A stretch of 64,000 nt of DNA from Sedimentisphaerales bacterium (GCA_963663965.2 CAXXFK010000032.1:32001-96000); one strand, 5' to 3'. Counted from the stretch's first letter, positions 1 to 11,311 are shown. A program made the numbers and translations. The notes: generated from the letters alone by a model not told the origin.

Positions 1-1
1 G

Positions 2-3000
2 AATCCCAGTGGGTTTATTCTCAAAGGGATTGCCAACCTGAAAATCACTCAGGATCTCGATATCAACACCGCCACCCCGGAAATCGATATTCAGATCCGA
101 ATCGGCTGCGATGATGGCCATTATCTGGTCGTCGGCAATCAATTCCTGGGCAACTCTCCCGACCATGCTTTTACCTGGTATGCTTATCCTCTGACCTTTG
201 AAGGCCCCGGCCTGTATCCTCTCTATTTTTTATTCTCTGCCAACAATGCCGGCGTGTCCGGCCTGGAACTGCAATGGCAGATCCCCAGCGGCTGGCAAGT
301 GATCCCTCAGAGCGCCCTGTATCAATCGACAGCCGGGTGCGAACAACAGATCTTATTCGAAGAGTATGCCGCCGGCACTCCCCTGACCGATCAATACAGC
401 AGTCAGGGCGCCCTGTTTACCACTCTCAGCGGCAATATTCAGATTACCGATGCCTTTCCTTTAAAATTTGTCCCGGTCAGCGGTGACCGGGTTCTGGCCG
501 ATCCAACCGAATCGCCCACGGAGGAAGGCCTGGTAGCCATTCACTTTGTCGATCCAGTGACCGGCCATGCCGCGATCACCAATTATTTCTCCTGCTATGT
601 GATCGATGCCGAATCCACCGGCGCCACCATCACCGCCTATGGCCCGGATGGTTCGGTGCTTGACAGTGTATCGGTCATCGATGCCGGCGGCGGCGCGGCG
701 CAAGTACCGGTGGAAATCAACACCCCGGGTATCTTTGAAATTGTCGCATCCCTGGGCATAGGCAGTGACACCTCAGCCCTTGACAACCTGTGCTGGTCCA
801 TTCCCGCCTCCATTAATCTGCCGGACCTGCAAGTCGTTTTCGACAGCGCTCCTTCATCGGCTTACGCATCACTCAGTATCCCCATCACCTGTACCGTCAC
901 CAATCATGGCGACCTGACCGGAGTTTCAACCTGGTCTGACAATATTTACCTGTCTTCAGATCAGACGCTGGATGGATCGGATATTCTGCTGGCCACCCGG
1001 ATCAACAATACACCACTGGATCTGAACGAATCCTATGTCATCAATGAATCGATTCCACTGCCGGATAATGTCGACGGCGAGTTTTATCTGATCGTTTATA
1101 CCGACGCCGATGATGCCGTCGAAGAATACACCCTTGAAGACAATAATCAGCAGAATTCAAATGTCATGACGATTGTCATCGATAATGTCGGGCCATCGAT
1201 AACGAACCATACCCCGAAAGGACTGATCAAGGCCGCGGTTGACTTTATCGATCTTACCTTTAGCGAACCCATCCAGTCTTTATCGTTCGACACGGATGAT
1301 ATCCTGCTGACCAATCCCGGCGGCAATCCAGTGACAATTGACTCGATTACCGATCAAGGGGGCAATACCTGGCGGATGAGTTTCAGCCCGCAATCTGCGA
1401 CCGGCCAGTATGATTTATCAGTTGGTCCGGATATCCTGGATATTGCGACCAACCCGATGGCAGAGGCCTATACCGGCAGTTTCTGGGTCAACGCTTCGGA
1501 TGAAGATGATGTTGTCTTTATATCTGTCAGTGGCGGTTATAACGCCGATGGGGTTCATTTCCACCAAACCGTTGCCGATGCCGGCGCCAATACCACCTAC
1601 TTCCTGCTCAACAGCAGCAGTCAGTCAACCATTGCCGATTACATCATTGCCAACGTTGCAACAATCGACCAGATCTGGATTTATGATCTCTCTTCCGGCA
1701 GCGATGGGTATAACACGGCTTATCAAGCCATTGCCAACTGGTTCGACGCGTCCCGCCATCAGATTATTTGTGACGGCCGAATCATCTCATCGTATTGGAG
1801 TAACCGTTATCAGAATGAAGGAAAGCGACTTTCACAAAATTACTATGAAAACCTCAAATTGAATGGCGGCGGTATCTTCCTGGGTACCGACCACAACGCG
1901 TATCACAGTGGTATTAACACCATCAATAGCAATATCGGTATCAATCCCTTTGTCGGCAACTTCAGCCTGACTAAAATTCCGGTGGATACCCAGAGCCCGC
2001 TGATGACCTATCCCAATTATATGGGCACCGAACTCTTTGATGACTCGTCTCCGGGCCAGACCCCTTACGGACTCCAGCCTAATGGTATGATTCTCTATTC
2101 GCTTGCCTGGCACAGCGGGAATGTCAATACCCCCGGTATCTCCACCACGATTGAAGGCCTGGTCGGATTCCATGTCGACATCAACCAGCCCGCCAATAAC
2201 GCCACCTTCCTGGTCACCGATACCATCCATTTTGCCGCATCCAGCGTCAATGCCGGCGGCACGGTGACTTACACCTGGACCAGCAGCCTTGATGGCGAAC
2301 TGGGCCAGGGCCAGACCCTCGATACCACCCTCAGCCCCGGCGCCCACACGATCACCTTACTGGGCGAAGATTCCGGCACCGCCGGTGCGGATACCGAAAT
2401 CATTTCCATTACGGTGAATGATTTACCTGATCTGCAAATCAGTAATCTGACAACCGACACTCAAACCTATGCCGGTAAATCCCTTAACATCGGCTGGATG
2501 GTTACCAATACCCGCAGCAAGGCGGCCGCTGCTGCCTGGCGCGATTCGGTTTATCTTTCGGCCGACAACCAGGCGGGCGATGATATCCTGCTGGCCAATG
2601 TTGACCGACCCTCCCCGCTCGGCCAGGATCAATCCTATAACCAGAATCAGGCTGTGACGATTCCTTCGGATACCCCGTCCGGTCAGTACTGGATTGTGGT
2701 GAAAGCCGATAGTGCCAACGCCATTCAGGAAACCAATGAAAACAACAATACTATTATTGACGGTCCTGTCGACATCAAACTGCTGCCGGAAATTGGCCCG
2801 ATGGCCGATCTGGATAGGATCGCCGGTAACGCTTATATCAGCGTCACGCCAACCCTGACCCAGGGCACTCCGCCAATCACCTGGTCACTGGTAGCCGGGC
2901 CCGACGGCGCACAAATCGATTCCGGAACCGGTGTAGTGACCTGGACAAATCCCGTAGTGCGTAAAGCGCCTTATACTTTTACCATTCAGGCCGGTAATGA

Positions 3001-6000
3001 CGGCGGTTCTGACCAGACCAGCTGGAAGCTGACAGTGGTCGATACGCCGGTTATTAACGCTATCCCTGATCATACGGTCTCCAGTGATCGTGTCTACAAC
3101 GGCCCGGTACCCACGCTGGAAACAGATATGGCAGTCACCTGGTCGCTGGTATCAGGACCTGATGGGATGACCATTAATCCGGAATTTGGCGTTGTCACCT
3201 GGTCCACACCGGTGACTTCAACGACACCTTATACGATTACAATCAAAGCGTCTAATATCGCCGGTAGCGATGAAGAAAGCTGGCAGATTCAGGTACTCGA
3301 CCAGCTTCAGATTGATCCGATTAACGACAGTCAGATTGCCGAAGGCGTCCCGTTCCAGGTTGACGCCAACCTGACTCAAGGCAGTGAACCGGTGACCTGG
3401 TCGCTGATTAACGCCCCGGCCGGTATGACCATTGACAATAATACCGGACTGATCAGCTGGCCGTCACCCGTCGCACGCATAGCGCCCTATGCCATAACGG
3501 TCCGCGCCGCCAATCCGGTGGGTTCTGTTGATGAAGCCTTTAATCTGACCGTGGTTCTGGCGCCATCCATCTATCCCATCGGTAACCAGACCGTTAATAT
3601 CGGCTCCTCTTACAAGAGCGCTCAACCGGAACTGCTGAAGCCCACGGCAGTCACCTGGGCGCTGGTGTCCGGTCCGGCCGGCATGACCATCAACACGGTA
3701 ACCGGTGTTCTCACCTGGTCGACTCCCGATCCCACCGGCAATCCTTATATTATAACCATCAGCGCGGCAAACGTGGCCGGCAGCGATGAAGAAAGCTGGC
3801 AGCTTTCCGTCCTGACGCCGCCGATTGTCGCGGATATTATCAACACACAGATTGTGGAGCATACTCCTTATTCTGTCATACCTTCCCTCTTACAAGGCAC
3901 GAATGTCGCCTGGTCACTGGTTCAGGCGCCGGACGAATCGGTTACGATCGATCCGGCTACCGGTGAACTGACCTGGCCGGATCCGGCTCCCAGACCCGAT
4001 CCTTACAAGATCATTATCCGGGCTTCCAATAACGAAGGTTTCGATCTGGAAGAATGGGATGTTACCGTGCTGACGATCCCGGTTATTCAGGATATTTCGG
4101 ACGCCAAAACGGCGACCGGCAAGCTGTATACTGGTCCCAAACCGCAGCTTCTGCCTCCCACCAATGTAGTCTGGTCGTTGGTGACCGGTCCGGCCGGCAT
4201 GACCATCAACCAGAACGATGGTAAAGTTTCGTGGCCCAGCCCGGTCAAAGAAGGACAGCCCTTCACCGTGACCATCGCGGCGACTAATGATGCTGGCAGC
4301 GATCAGGAAACCTGGCTGCTGGAAGTACTCGATACGCCTGAAATTGCCTCGATCGCTAATACGACAGTGGTTCAATTTACCCAGTATGCCTCGATCGTTC
4401 CCAGCCTGACCAAAGGACAGGATACAACGGTAACCTGGTCATTGGTTGATCGCCCGGCCGGGATGTCCATCGATCCGGCCACCGGTCAGGTCAGCTGGTC
4501 CAGCGCCATTCCGGGTACGGCTCCATATAAGATTACTATTCGGGCATCAAACGACGTTGGCTACGGTCAGCAAAGCTGGATGCTGGAGGTGCTCTCCTCA
4601 CCGGATATCAATGAAATCCCCAACAGCTCCGTTGCCACCAACTCGATCTATGCCGTTACGGCCACCCTGATCCGGGGCACCAAACCCGTAACCTGGTCCG
4701 TTGTCAGCGGCCCGGCCGGATTAACTATCGACAGCGCGACCGGGCATGTTGTCTGGTCCAATCCTTCCATGGCCGGTTCTCCATACGAAATCACCGTCCG
4801 GGCGACGAATAGTTACGGTCAGGATGATGAAACCTGGACATTAACCGTGATGGATATTCCTGATGTGGAACCCATGGCAGACGATGCCACTCCGGAAGGT
4901 TCCTCCTGGCAGCGTCAACCCAATCTGCTGGCCGGATCGTCACCCATTACCTGGACTCTGGCATCCGCGCCGGTGGGCATGACAATCAACACCACTACCG
5001 GAGCTCTCAACTGGGATAAGGCCGTGGCGACCCAAACGCCTTATACCATTTCCGTTCGAGCCAGTAACGCGGTTGGCAGTGATGTCGAATCCTTCAAGCT
5101 GGCAGTTCCGGTCACCTATACCGCAACGGTCCAGGCCGATATTGAACGGGAACCCAGCGGCACACCGGTGGTCTTTACCGGTTCGGCCACCTGGCTGCCT
5201 GACGGCCAGTCACCGGGTGAACCGGCGGCCAACGTCGATGTCAATATCCGTATTACGGTTCAGGGAACTACTCGTATCGTTAAAGTTAAATCCGATCTGA
5301 ACGGGCAGTTCACCCAGCAATGGCAACCGCTGGGTTCGGAAGCGGGTTATTATACGGTTACCGCCGATCATCCGGCCATCGTCAGTGAACCGACGGAAGA
5401 TGAGTTTATTCTGGTCGGCATGAAAGCCGAACCGATCGGCATGCGGCACCAGGTGAAAGTGGGCACACTCACAACGGGCAGCGTGATAATCCAGAACCTG
5501 GGGAATGTTCCACTAACCAGTATCACTCCCCAAATCAATAATGCCCCGGCGAATCTGGATATCCAGATTACCAACTGGCCGCAAAACCTCGACGGTCTGG
5601 GCACCGGCAGCATGGATTACACCATCGACGCAGCCGATGCTTCGGTTCGAGAAGCCATGCCGGAAATTCAACTGACCAGCTCCGAAGGCGGGACGGTCAT
5701 CTTACCGCTGGCAGTTCGGGTTACCTCTCCATTACCCAGCCTGGTGGCCAATCCCACCTCACTCAGCTCCGGTATGGTTCGCGGCAAACAGACCCTGATC
5801 CAGTTCCAGGTCACCAACCAGGGCAACTCCCCCACGGCTCAGCTGGATGTATTACTGCCATCGTCCTCCTGGCTTAAACTGGCTTCGCCGGCCGCCATCC
5901 CGCCGTTGCAGCCCGATGCGTCCGCCACGGTGATCCTGGCGCTGACACCCAGTGACGACCCGATCAATCCATTGCCATTGGGCATCTATGAAGGCACGAT

Positions 6001-9000
6001 CGCGGTGAACGGCCTGCAAACGGGCGTGTCCGTACCGTTTACCTTTAACAATGTCTCCGAAGGCCGTGGCGATCTGAAGATCATCTGTCGCGATGAATTC
6101 AGCTATCTCGCCGCGGACAAACCCATGCTGGCAGACGCGGTGGTCACGCTGACTGATCCGATCACCCGGCAGACCATCGATATTCAGGCCAGCGATGCGT
6201 CCGGTATTGTGGTCTTCAATAATCTCCAGGAAGCCTACTACGATGTCGAAGTCACTGCTGATGGCCATGGCGGATTTGGAACTACGGTGCTGGCCACCGC
6301 CGGTAAAGTGACCGAAGTCGAGGCCTTCCTGGCTCGTCAGACGGTGACTTATAACTGGACGGTCAAACCCACGGTAATCGAGGACCGCTATATCTTTACC
6401 ATTGAGGCGGTCTTCGAAACCAATGTGCCGGTACCGGTCGTCACCGTCGAACCGGCCCTGCTCGATCTGGAAGCCATGGAAGTCGACCAGATGCAGGTTG
6501 ATTATACCATTACCAACCACGGTCTGATTACCGCCGAGGATGTCGATATTGTCTTTGGCGATACCAACCTGTTTAGCTTTACCCCGCTGGTCGATGTGAT
6601 TGGCGATATCCCGGCCCAGAGTTCGGTGACGGTTCCGGTGATTGTCACCAAGCTCAGTGGCAACCAGGACACGGTCCGCTCCTTTGGTGAGAATGCCTCA
6701 ACCAGCCCGGCTGTGGATTGCGTCACCAAAATGGTCTCGTTCGTTGGCTATACCTATGAATGCGGCCCGGACCATCGCTGGCACCGGGTACCGTTCTACT
6801 TCCGTTTCCCCGTTACCATCTGTACCGGTACCGGTGGTCCCGGTGGTGGCGGCGGATATCCCATCGGGGGTGGCGGCGGTATCTGGGGCGGCGCCTGGGG
6901 GCCTGGCGGCGGTTGGTCGCCGGATGTCCCGGTCCTGACCCATGATGACTTCGAAATCGAAGAATCCTGTAATCCGTGCGCCAACGAGATCCTCAAACAG
7001 GTGCTGAACTGTGCGTTGAGCTTCCTGCCCCTGGATTGCGGCACGACGATTATCAAGAGTGTTTACGAATGCGCTTCGGCATGCAGCACCAGCTTTGATT
7101 TCAATTGCGCGAAAAGCTGCGTGGGTGGCGCTTTGAGTACCATCATCAGTTGCGGCGGCGACGCGGCCAAGAAACTCGGCCCGTGGGGTATCGCCTGGAA
7201 TGTCTTCTGGTGTTCGTACGATATTACCTCCGCCATTATTGGTGATAAATGTATCGACCTGTACGGCTCCGGCTCCGGTGGCAGTTCACCGGCCCCTGCC
7301 AATCGTCTGGACACCCTCTCCGATCAATTGCTATTGGCCGACGATAATCCTCTTACTGATAGCGGGGTTGGACCCTCGGTCTTTTATCTGCAGGAACAGG
7401 CCCTCCGGCTCCAGCGGATGATCGCGCCCATGATGGAAATCTTTGGCGAAGTCTGGTTCCAGGGCGTCGAAAGTGATGAAGAAAGCGTGAAATTCGCCAA
7501 CTTCATGATCGCCTTCGAAAGCGCCACCAAAGATGAAAGTGACGAAGCCGGAATCATCTCGCTCGATGAGGCCCACACCCTCCGTAATATGCCCCTGCCG
7601 ATCCAGACGACCGCCGAGGATGTCGATATCCTCGTCGAACGTTGGAACCGGACCATGATGTATTGGGAACAGGGTATTACCACAGTCGATCAGGTACCGG
7701 AAGGCCTGAGCACCGATTTCATCGATTATTCGGTCTATACCGAATTGCTCGATGACGCTCAGGTCGCCATCGATGAACATATGGCCGAAGGCTATACCGA
7801 TCTGCTCGAAGGGGTTAATTACGCCCGCAATGTCCTCCAGCAGAAACTGGAAGAACCGGATGAAGGCGTTTGTGCCCGTGTCAAGATCCGCATCGAACAG
7901 GAAGCGGTCATCAGTCGCAACGCCTTTGAAGCGGTTCTCGAACTGGGCAACGAAGGGCCTGAGTCGCTGACCGATATCCATGTGACGATCGATATCCGCG
8001 ATGAAGATGGCAACCCCAGCAATGACTATTTCGGCATTCATCCGCCGGATACCACTGGTTTAACCGGTGAGTTCGGTAGTTGGGCGCTGGCCGGCAATAG
8101 CCAGGGAACCGCATCCTGGATCATTGTCCCCAACCAACTGGCGGCGCCGACCGAACCCAAGCAATACTATGTCCGCGGTATTTTGAATTATACCCTCAGC
8201 GGCTCGCAGGTCTCGATACCGCTCTATCCGGCGCCTATCACTGTATTGCCGAATCCCAACCTGGTGGTGAAATACTTCCTCGAGCGCGATGTCTATAGCG
8301 ATGACCCGTTCACACCGGATGTGGTCGAACCGGCGATTCCGTTCTCGCTGGGTCTGATGATGACCAACACCGGCGCCGGTATTGCCAACAATGTCCGGAT
8401 TACCTCATCGCAACCGGAGATTATCGAAAACGAAAAAGGTCTTCTGATCGATTTCGAAATCATCAGCTCGCGAGTGGGAACCGAAGAAGTCTCCCCCTCC
8501 CTGACTGTTAACCTGGGTGACATCGATCCGGGCGCTTCCAAAGTGGCCCAGTGGCTCATGATCTCCTCGTTGCAAGGCAAGTTTGTGGAATACTCCGCCA
8601 GCTTCGAACACGTCGACGGTCTGGGCGACCCGCGCCTGAGTCTGGTCGAATCGGTGGAAATCCACGAAACCGAACATGTCGTGCGTGTGGATAATCCGAT
8701 TGAGGATGACGCACTGCCTGACTTCCTGACCAACGATAAACCGGACATTGATGACCTGCCCGACAAGCTCCACCTGAGCGACGGCACCGTTGAACCGGTA
8801 AGTGCGGTCACCGAATCGCTGTTAGCCGGTCCGGCTATCGATGGCGGCATTTACACCTATCAGCTCCAGGTGGATATGCCTGCCGGCTGGACTTATGTCA
8901 GAGTTCCCGATCCGGCCAATAACCAGTATCAACTGGTATCGGTCACGCGTGTCTCCGACGGCCAACCCATCCGGGTGACCGACAACGCCTGGACTACCCA

Positions 9001-9979
9001 CAAAGTCGTTCGCAAACAAGGCCAGAGTCCCTACGATGAGAACCTGTTCCATCTGTTCGATTACGGCCTGGGTGTTACCGAAACCTACACCGTCACCTAT
9101 ACCCTGTTCGATACCGAAGTCCCGCAGGCTCAGGCGCTGGTCATCGATGATATCGTTAATGTCAGCACCAACGCGCTGGACTTTGCCATCGTTTATTCCG
9201 ATGATGTCGCCATCGACGGCGCCAGCTTCAATTCCAGGGATATCCGGGTCACCGGACCGCATGGCTTCAATCAGCTGGCCAAATTCATTGGTGTCGATGT
9301 GCTGGGTAACGGCTCGCCGCGAACGGCCACCTATCGGATCACCCCGCCGGATGGCTCCTGGAATTTCGCGGATAACGGCGAGTATACCCTCTCGATGGAA
9401 CCCGGCCAGGTCTTTGATACCAGCGCCAATACCATTCCGGCAGGCACTCTGACCACGTTCAATGTCAATATCGTGCCGGACTGTGATGTCCAGCTGGTCT
9501 CCTGGAACCTGATCAAATCGATCCGGGTCAGCCGCAATGTTTATCAGTATGAATACAGCATTACCTTGCGTAACAACTGCGTCTATGACATCTATGATGT
9601 GCTGTTCGACATCACCGACGGCCCGTCCAATGTCTGGGTACTGATCAACCGCAACAAGGCTTCGTTCGATGTCCTGCCGGCCAACAGTACGTTGACCAGT
9701 TCCGGCACGTTGATCCTGCAAGTCGATCACAGTTCGCCGTTTGACTTGGCCGATCTCGACTGGCAGTTGCTCTCGATTTGTCGTCAGCCCGACTTCAACA
9801 AAGATCTGGTTATCGATCTGACCGACCTGCAATACCTGATCGACGTCTGGCTGACCGATGACGCAACCGGCGATATCGCCCCGCTGACCGAAGGCGACGG
9901 CGTTGTCAATACCATTGACTTCGCGCTCCTGTCACGCTGCTGGCTCAACAACCTGATGAATCCTTACTTCATGAAGTAA
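2..9979 (+). CDS. Giant secreted/surface protein (>3300 aa, 5'-truncated): PA14-like, CARDB x2, Ig-like, 9 He_PIG/cadherin-like repeats, carboxypeptidase-regulatory-like, Gly/Cys-rich region, C-terminal dockerin-like pair
   Basis: The frame is open from base 2, so the ORF-track GTG at 254 is internal. The upstream part reads IRIGCDDG...GLYPLYFLF...GLELQW (PA14-like). CARDB motifs LPDLQ...D.IYLS.D...E..E.NN occur twice. The C-terminus reads DFNKDLVIDLTDL..WL / GDGVVNTIDFALLSRCWL. Confidence 0.85.
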   Translation, partial: NPSGFILKGIANLKITQDLDINTATPEIDIQIRIGCDDGHYLVVGNQFLGNSPDHAFTWYAYPLTFEGPGLYPLYFLFSANNAGVSGLELQWQIPSGWQVIPQSALYQSTAGCEQQILFEEYAAGTPLTDQYSSQGALFTTLSGNIQITDAFPLKFVPVSGDRVLADPTESPTEEGLVAIHFVDPVTGHAAITNYFSCYVIDAESTGATITAYGPDGSVLDSVSVIDAGGGAAQVPVEINTPGIFEIVASLGIGSDTSALDNLCWSIPASINLPDLQVVFDSAPSSAYASLSIPITCTVTNHGDLTGVSTWSDNIYLSSDQTLDGSDILLATRINNTPLDLNESYVINESIPLPDNVDGEFYLIVYTDADDAVEEYTLEDNNQQNSNVMTIVIDNVGPSITNHTPKGLIKAAVDFIDLTFSEPIQSLSFDTDDILLTNPGGNPVTIDSITDQGGNTWRMSFSPQSATGQYDLSVGPDILDIATNPMAEAYTGSFWVNASDEDDVVFISVSGGYNADGVHFHQTVADAGANTTYFLLNSSSQSTIADYIIANVATIDQIWIYDLSSGSDGYNTAYQAIANWFDASRHQIICDGRIISSYWSNRYQNEGKRLSQNYYENLKLNGGGIFLGTDHNAYHSGINTINSNIGINPFVGNFSLTKIPVDTQSPLMTYPNYMGTELFDDSSPGQTPYGLQPNGMILYSLAWHSGNVNTPGISTTIEGLVGFHVDINQPANNATFLVTDTIHFAASSVNAGGTVTYTWTSSLDGELGQGQTLDTTLSPGAHTITLLGEDSGTAGADTEIISITVNDLPDLQISNLTTDTQTYAGKSLNIGWMVTNTRSKAAAAAWRDSVYLSADNQAGDDILLANVDRPSPLGQDQSYNQNQAVTIPSDTPSGQYWIVVKADSANAIQETNENNNTIIDGPVDIKLLPEIGPMADLDRIAGNAYISVTPTLTQGTPPITWSLVAGPDGAQIDSGTGVVTWTNPVVRKAPYTFTIQAGNDGGSDQTSWKLTVVDTPVINAIPDHTVSSDRVYNGPVPTLETDMAVTWSLVSGPDGMTINPEFGVVTWSTPVTSTTPYTITIKASNIAGSDEESWQIQVLDQLQIDPINDSQIAEGVPFQVDANLTQGSEPVTWSLINAPAGMTIDNNTGLISWPSPVARIAPYAITVRAANPVGSVDEAFNLTVVLAPSIYPIGNQTVNIGSSYKSAQPELLKPTAVTWALVSGPAGMTINTVTGVLTWSTPDPTGNPYIITISAANVAGSDEESWQLSVLTPPIVADIINTQIVEHTPYSVIPSLLQGTNVAWSLVQAPDESVTIDPATGELTWPDPAPRPDPYKIIIRASNNEGFDLEEWDVTVLTIPVIQDISDAKTATGKLYTGPKPQLLPPTNVVWSLVTGPAGMTINQNDGKVSWPSPVKEGQPFTVTIAATNDAGSDQETWLLEVLDTPEIASIANTTVVQFTQYASIVPSLTKGQDTTVTWSLVDRPAGMSIDPATGQVSWSSAIPGTAPYKITIRASNDVGYGQQSWMLEVLSSPDINEIPNSSVATNSIYAVTATLIRGTKPVTWSVVSGPAGLTIDSATGHVVWSNPSMAGSPYEITVRATNSYGQDDETWTLTVMDIPDVEPMADDATPEGSSWQRQPNLLAGSSPITWTLASAPVGMTINTTTGALNWDKAVATQTPYTISVRASNAVGSDVESFKLAVPVTYTATVQADIEREPSGTPVVFTGSATWLPDGQSPGEPAANVDVNIRITVQGTTRIVKVKSDLNGQFTQQWQPLGSEAGYYTVTADHPAIVSEPTEDEFILVGMKAEPIGMRHQVKVGTLTTGSVIIQNLGNVPLTSITPQINNAPANLDIQITNWPQNLDGLGTGSMDYTIDAADASVREAMPEIQLTSSEGGTVILPLAVRVTSPLPSLVANPTSLSSGMVRGKQTLIQFQVTNQGNSPTAQLDVLLPSSSWLKLASPAAIPPLQPDASATVILALTPSDDPINPLPLGIYEGTIAVNGLQTGVSVPFTFNNVSEGRGDLKIICRDEFSYLAADKPMLADAVVTLTDPITRQTIDIQASDASGIVVFNNLQEAYYDVEVTADGHGGFGTTVLATAGKVTEVEAFLARQTVTYNWTVKPTVIEDRYIFTIEAVFETNVPVPVVTVEPALLDLEAMEVDQMQVDYTITNHGLITAEDVDIVFGDTNLFSFTPLVDVIGDIPAQSSVTVPVIVTKLSGNQDTVRSFGENASTSPAVDCVTKMVSFVGYTYECGPDHRWHRVPFYFRFPVTICTGTGGPGGGGGYPIGGGGGIWGGAWGPGGGWSPDVPVLTHDDFEIEESCNPCANEILKQVLNCALSFLPLDCGTTIIKSVYECASACSTSFDFNCAKSCVGGALSTIISCGGDAAKKLGPWGIAWNVFWCSYDITSAIIGDKCIDLYGSGSGGSSPAPANRLDTLSDQLLLADDNPLTDSGVGPSVFYLQEQALRLQRMIAPMMEIFGEVWFQGVESDEESVKFANFMIAFESATKDESDEAGIISLDEAHTLRNMPLPIQTTAEDVDILVERWNRTMMYWEQGITTVDQVPEGLSTDFIDYSVYTELLDDAQVAIDEHMAEGYTDLLEGVNYARNVLQQKLEEPDEGVCARVKIRIEQEAVISRNAFEAVLELGNEGPESLTDIHVTIDIRDEDGNPSNDYFGIHPPDTTGLTGEFGSWALAGNSQGTASWIIVPNQLAAPTEPKQYYVRGILNYTLSGSQVSIPLYPAPITVLPNPNLVVKYFLERDVYSDDPFTPDVVEPAIPFSLGLMMTNTGAGIANNVRITSSQPEIIENEKGLLIDFEIISSRVGTEEVSPSLTVNLGDIDPGASKVAQWLMISSLQGKFVEYSASFEHVDGLGDPRLSLVESVEIHETEHVVRVDNPIEDDALPDFLTNDKPDIDDLPDKLHLSDGTVEPVSAVTESLLAGPAIDGGIYTYQLQVDMPAGWTYVRVPDPANNQYQLVSVTRVSDGQPIRVTDNAWTTHKVVRKQGQSPYDENLFHLFDYGLGVTETYTVTYTLFDTEVPQAQALVIDDIVNVSTNALDFAIVYSDDVAIDGASFNSRDIRVTGPHGFNQLAKFIGVDVLGNGSPRTATYRITPPDGSWNFADNGEYTLSMEPGQVFDTSANTIPAGTLTTFNVNIVPDCDVQLVSWNLIKSIRVSRNVYQYEYSITLRNNCVYDIYDVLFDITDGPSNVWVLINRNKASFDVLPANSTLTSSGTLILQVDHSSPFDLADLDWQLLSICRQPDFNKDLVIDLTDLQYLIDVWLTDDATGDIAPLTEGDGVVNTIDFALLSRCWLNNLMNPYFMK
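2785..5112 (+). repeat. Nine tandem ~86-aa Ig/cadherin-like (He_PIG-type) protein repeats
   Basis: The pattern TWSLV.GP.GMTI...TG.V.W..P...PY.ITI.A.N..GSD.E.W.L.V can be counted 9 times in the translation. Confidence 0.85.
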
Positions 9980-10006
9980 GGCGCGTTCACCCTGAACAAC
10001 CAATAG

Positions 10007-10049
10007 AAAAGCCCGTTTCGGTTCTGTCCGGAACGGGCTTCTTTTTTTT
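10007..10049. terminator. Rho-independent terminator, probably bidirectional
   Basis: AAGCCCGTT(TCGG)...(CCGG)AACGGGCTT stem, with a T8 tract after and an A-tract before, between convergent genes. Confidence 0.8.
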
Positions 10050-10078
10050 ATTGAGAATGGCAGGGTTTCATTCACCCA

Positions 10079-11311
10079 TTATTTGGATACATCCACGCAG
10101 GCCACTTCGCCCACTTCATTGCGAATAAAAATCTTGCCGTTGGCCAGTACCGGCACCGTCCAGCAGTTTTTTCGGGACAAAATACTGGCTTTTGCCAGTT
10201 CCTGATACCCGGTTGTCACGGCCTGGGCAATCACCAGTTCGCTTTTGTCGCTGCTCAGGATCAGTCGACCATCGCTGCACATCATGACCGCGCCCTTGCC
10301 CAGTGATTTTTCGGACCAGCTTTCGGCGCTATCCAGCGCCTTGATGCATTTGAGCTGGTTTTCATCGAAACCGTAAAGGTAACCCTGGTAGAGTACGGAT
10401 GAGTTCATATGATTCCGCATACTCCGGTTATCCCAGATGTTCTGCGGCTGACCGCCGGCGACTTTAAAGAGCCCGCAACCCCGGTTATAACCCGACGACA
10501 CAAACACATAATCATCGAATGGAATCGGATCCGCCGCATTCACACTATGCTGGGTCTTCCATTCGAATTTCCAGAGTATCGCGCCGTCCGCTTGTGCGAC
10601 ACAATAAAAATTCTGTTCGCCGCTTATCAACAATGCGGCCTTGCCTTGATATTCGTAAGGGACCGGTGTAGTATATCCGCATACTCCCTTACCATTCGAC
10701 CAGACGTAATCGCCGGTTTTCTTATCCAGCGCCACACCCGCCGTTCCCATATTTAAATAAACCCGGTCCCCCAGCACGACCGGCGATCCGGAAATATGCC
10801 AGGTGGGTATCCCATAACCATCTTTGCCCAGATGCTTGCTCCAGACCGGCTTGCCATCCGCCAGGTTCAGGCAGAACAATTCGCCTTCCTTGCTGAGTGA
10901 ATACACCCGGTTGCCGTCAATGGTCGGGGTGCTCAACGTGCCACCAATATAATACTTGGCATGCAGCGGACAGGAATATTTATGGGTCCACAGGATATCC
11001 CCTGAATTGACATCAAAACAGAATACCGTATCGGTATCGCTGGGATTGCCATGCTTGGTCTTGCCATCATTGCCCATCGTGATCGCTTTATTCCCGGCAG
11101 CAGCAAACGCCGAAAAGCCCGTCCCGACATCATTCTTCCACAACACTTTCGGCCCATCCCCACGCCACACTTTCCAGTTGGTCTCCTGGCTGATCCCGTT
11201 ATGGTCCGGCCCGCGATATACCGGCCAGTCATTGGCCTGAGCATGGTTTAAGCACACCAATAATATGGTAAAAATTATTGCAATTTGAACAGTCTTATGT
11301 GTGTTTTTCAT
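10079..11311 (-). CDS. PQQ-binding-like beta-propeller repeat protein (BamB-like, planctomycete type), signal peptide
   Basis: DWPVYRGP N-terminal motif, repeated G..LW/C.D...G motifs, and C-terminal PVLANGKIFIRN...CVD. A GGAG SD favours the ATG at 11311. Confidence 0.85.
   Translation of the reverse strand: MKNTHKTVQIAIIFTILLVCLNHAQANDWPVYRGPDHNGISQETNWKVWRGDGPKVLWKNDVGTGFSAFAAAGNKAITMGNDGKTKHGNPSDTDTVFCFDVNSGDILWTHKYSCPLHAKYYIGGTLSTPTIDGNRVYSLSKEGELFCLNLADGKPVWSKHLGKDGYGIPTWHISGSPVVLGDRVYLNMGTAGVALDKKTGDYVWSNGKGVCGYTTPVPYEYQGKAALLISGEQNFYCVAQADGAILWKFEWKTQHSVNAADPIPFDDYVFVSSGYNRGCGLFKVAGGQPQNIWDNRSMRNHMNSSVLYQGYLYGFDENQLKCIKALDSAESWSEKSLGKGAVMMCSDGRLILSSDKSELVIAQAVTTGYQELAKASILSRKNCWTVPVLANGKIFIRNEVGEVACVDVSK

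Noticed and set aside
274..9832. Many alternative-frame and antisense ORFs (e.g. 8822..9832, 7331..8041; likewise 14964..16190, 43325..44209, 53537..54361)
   Set aside because: Shadow ORFs of real genes caused by GC-rich codon bias; no motifs or start signals.
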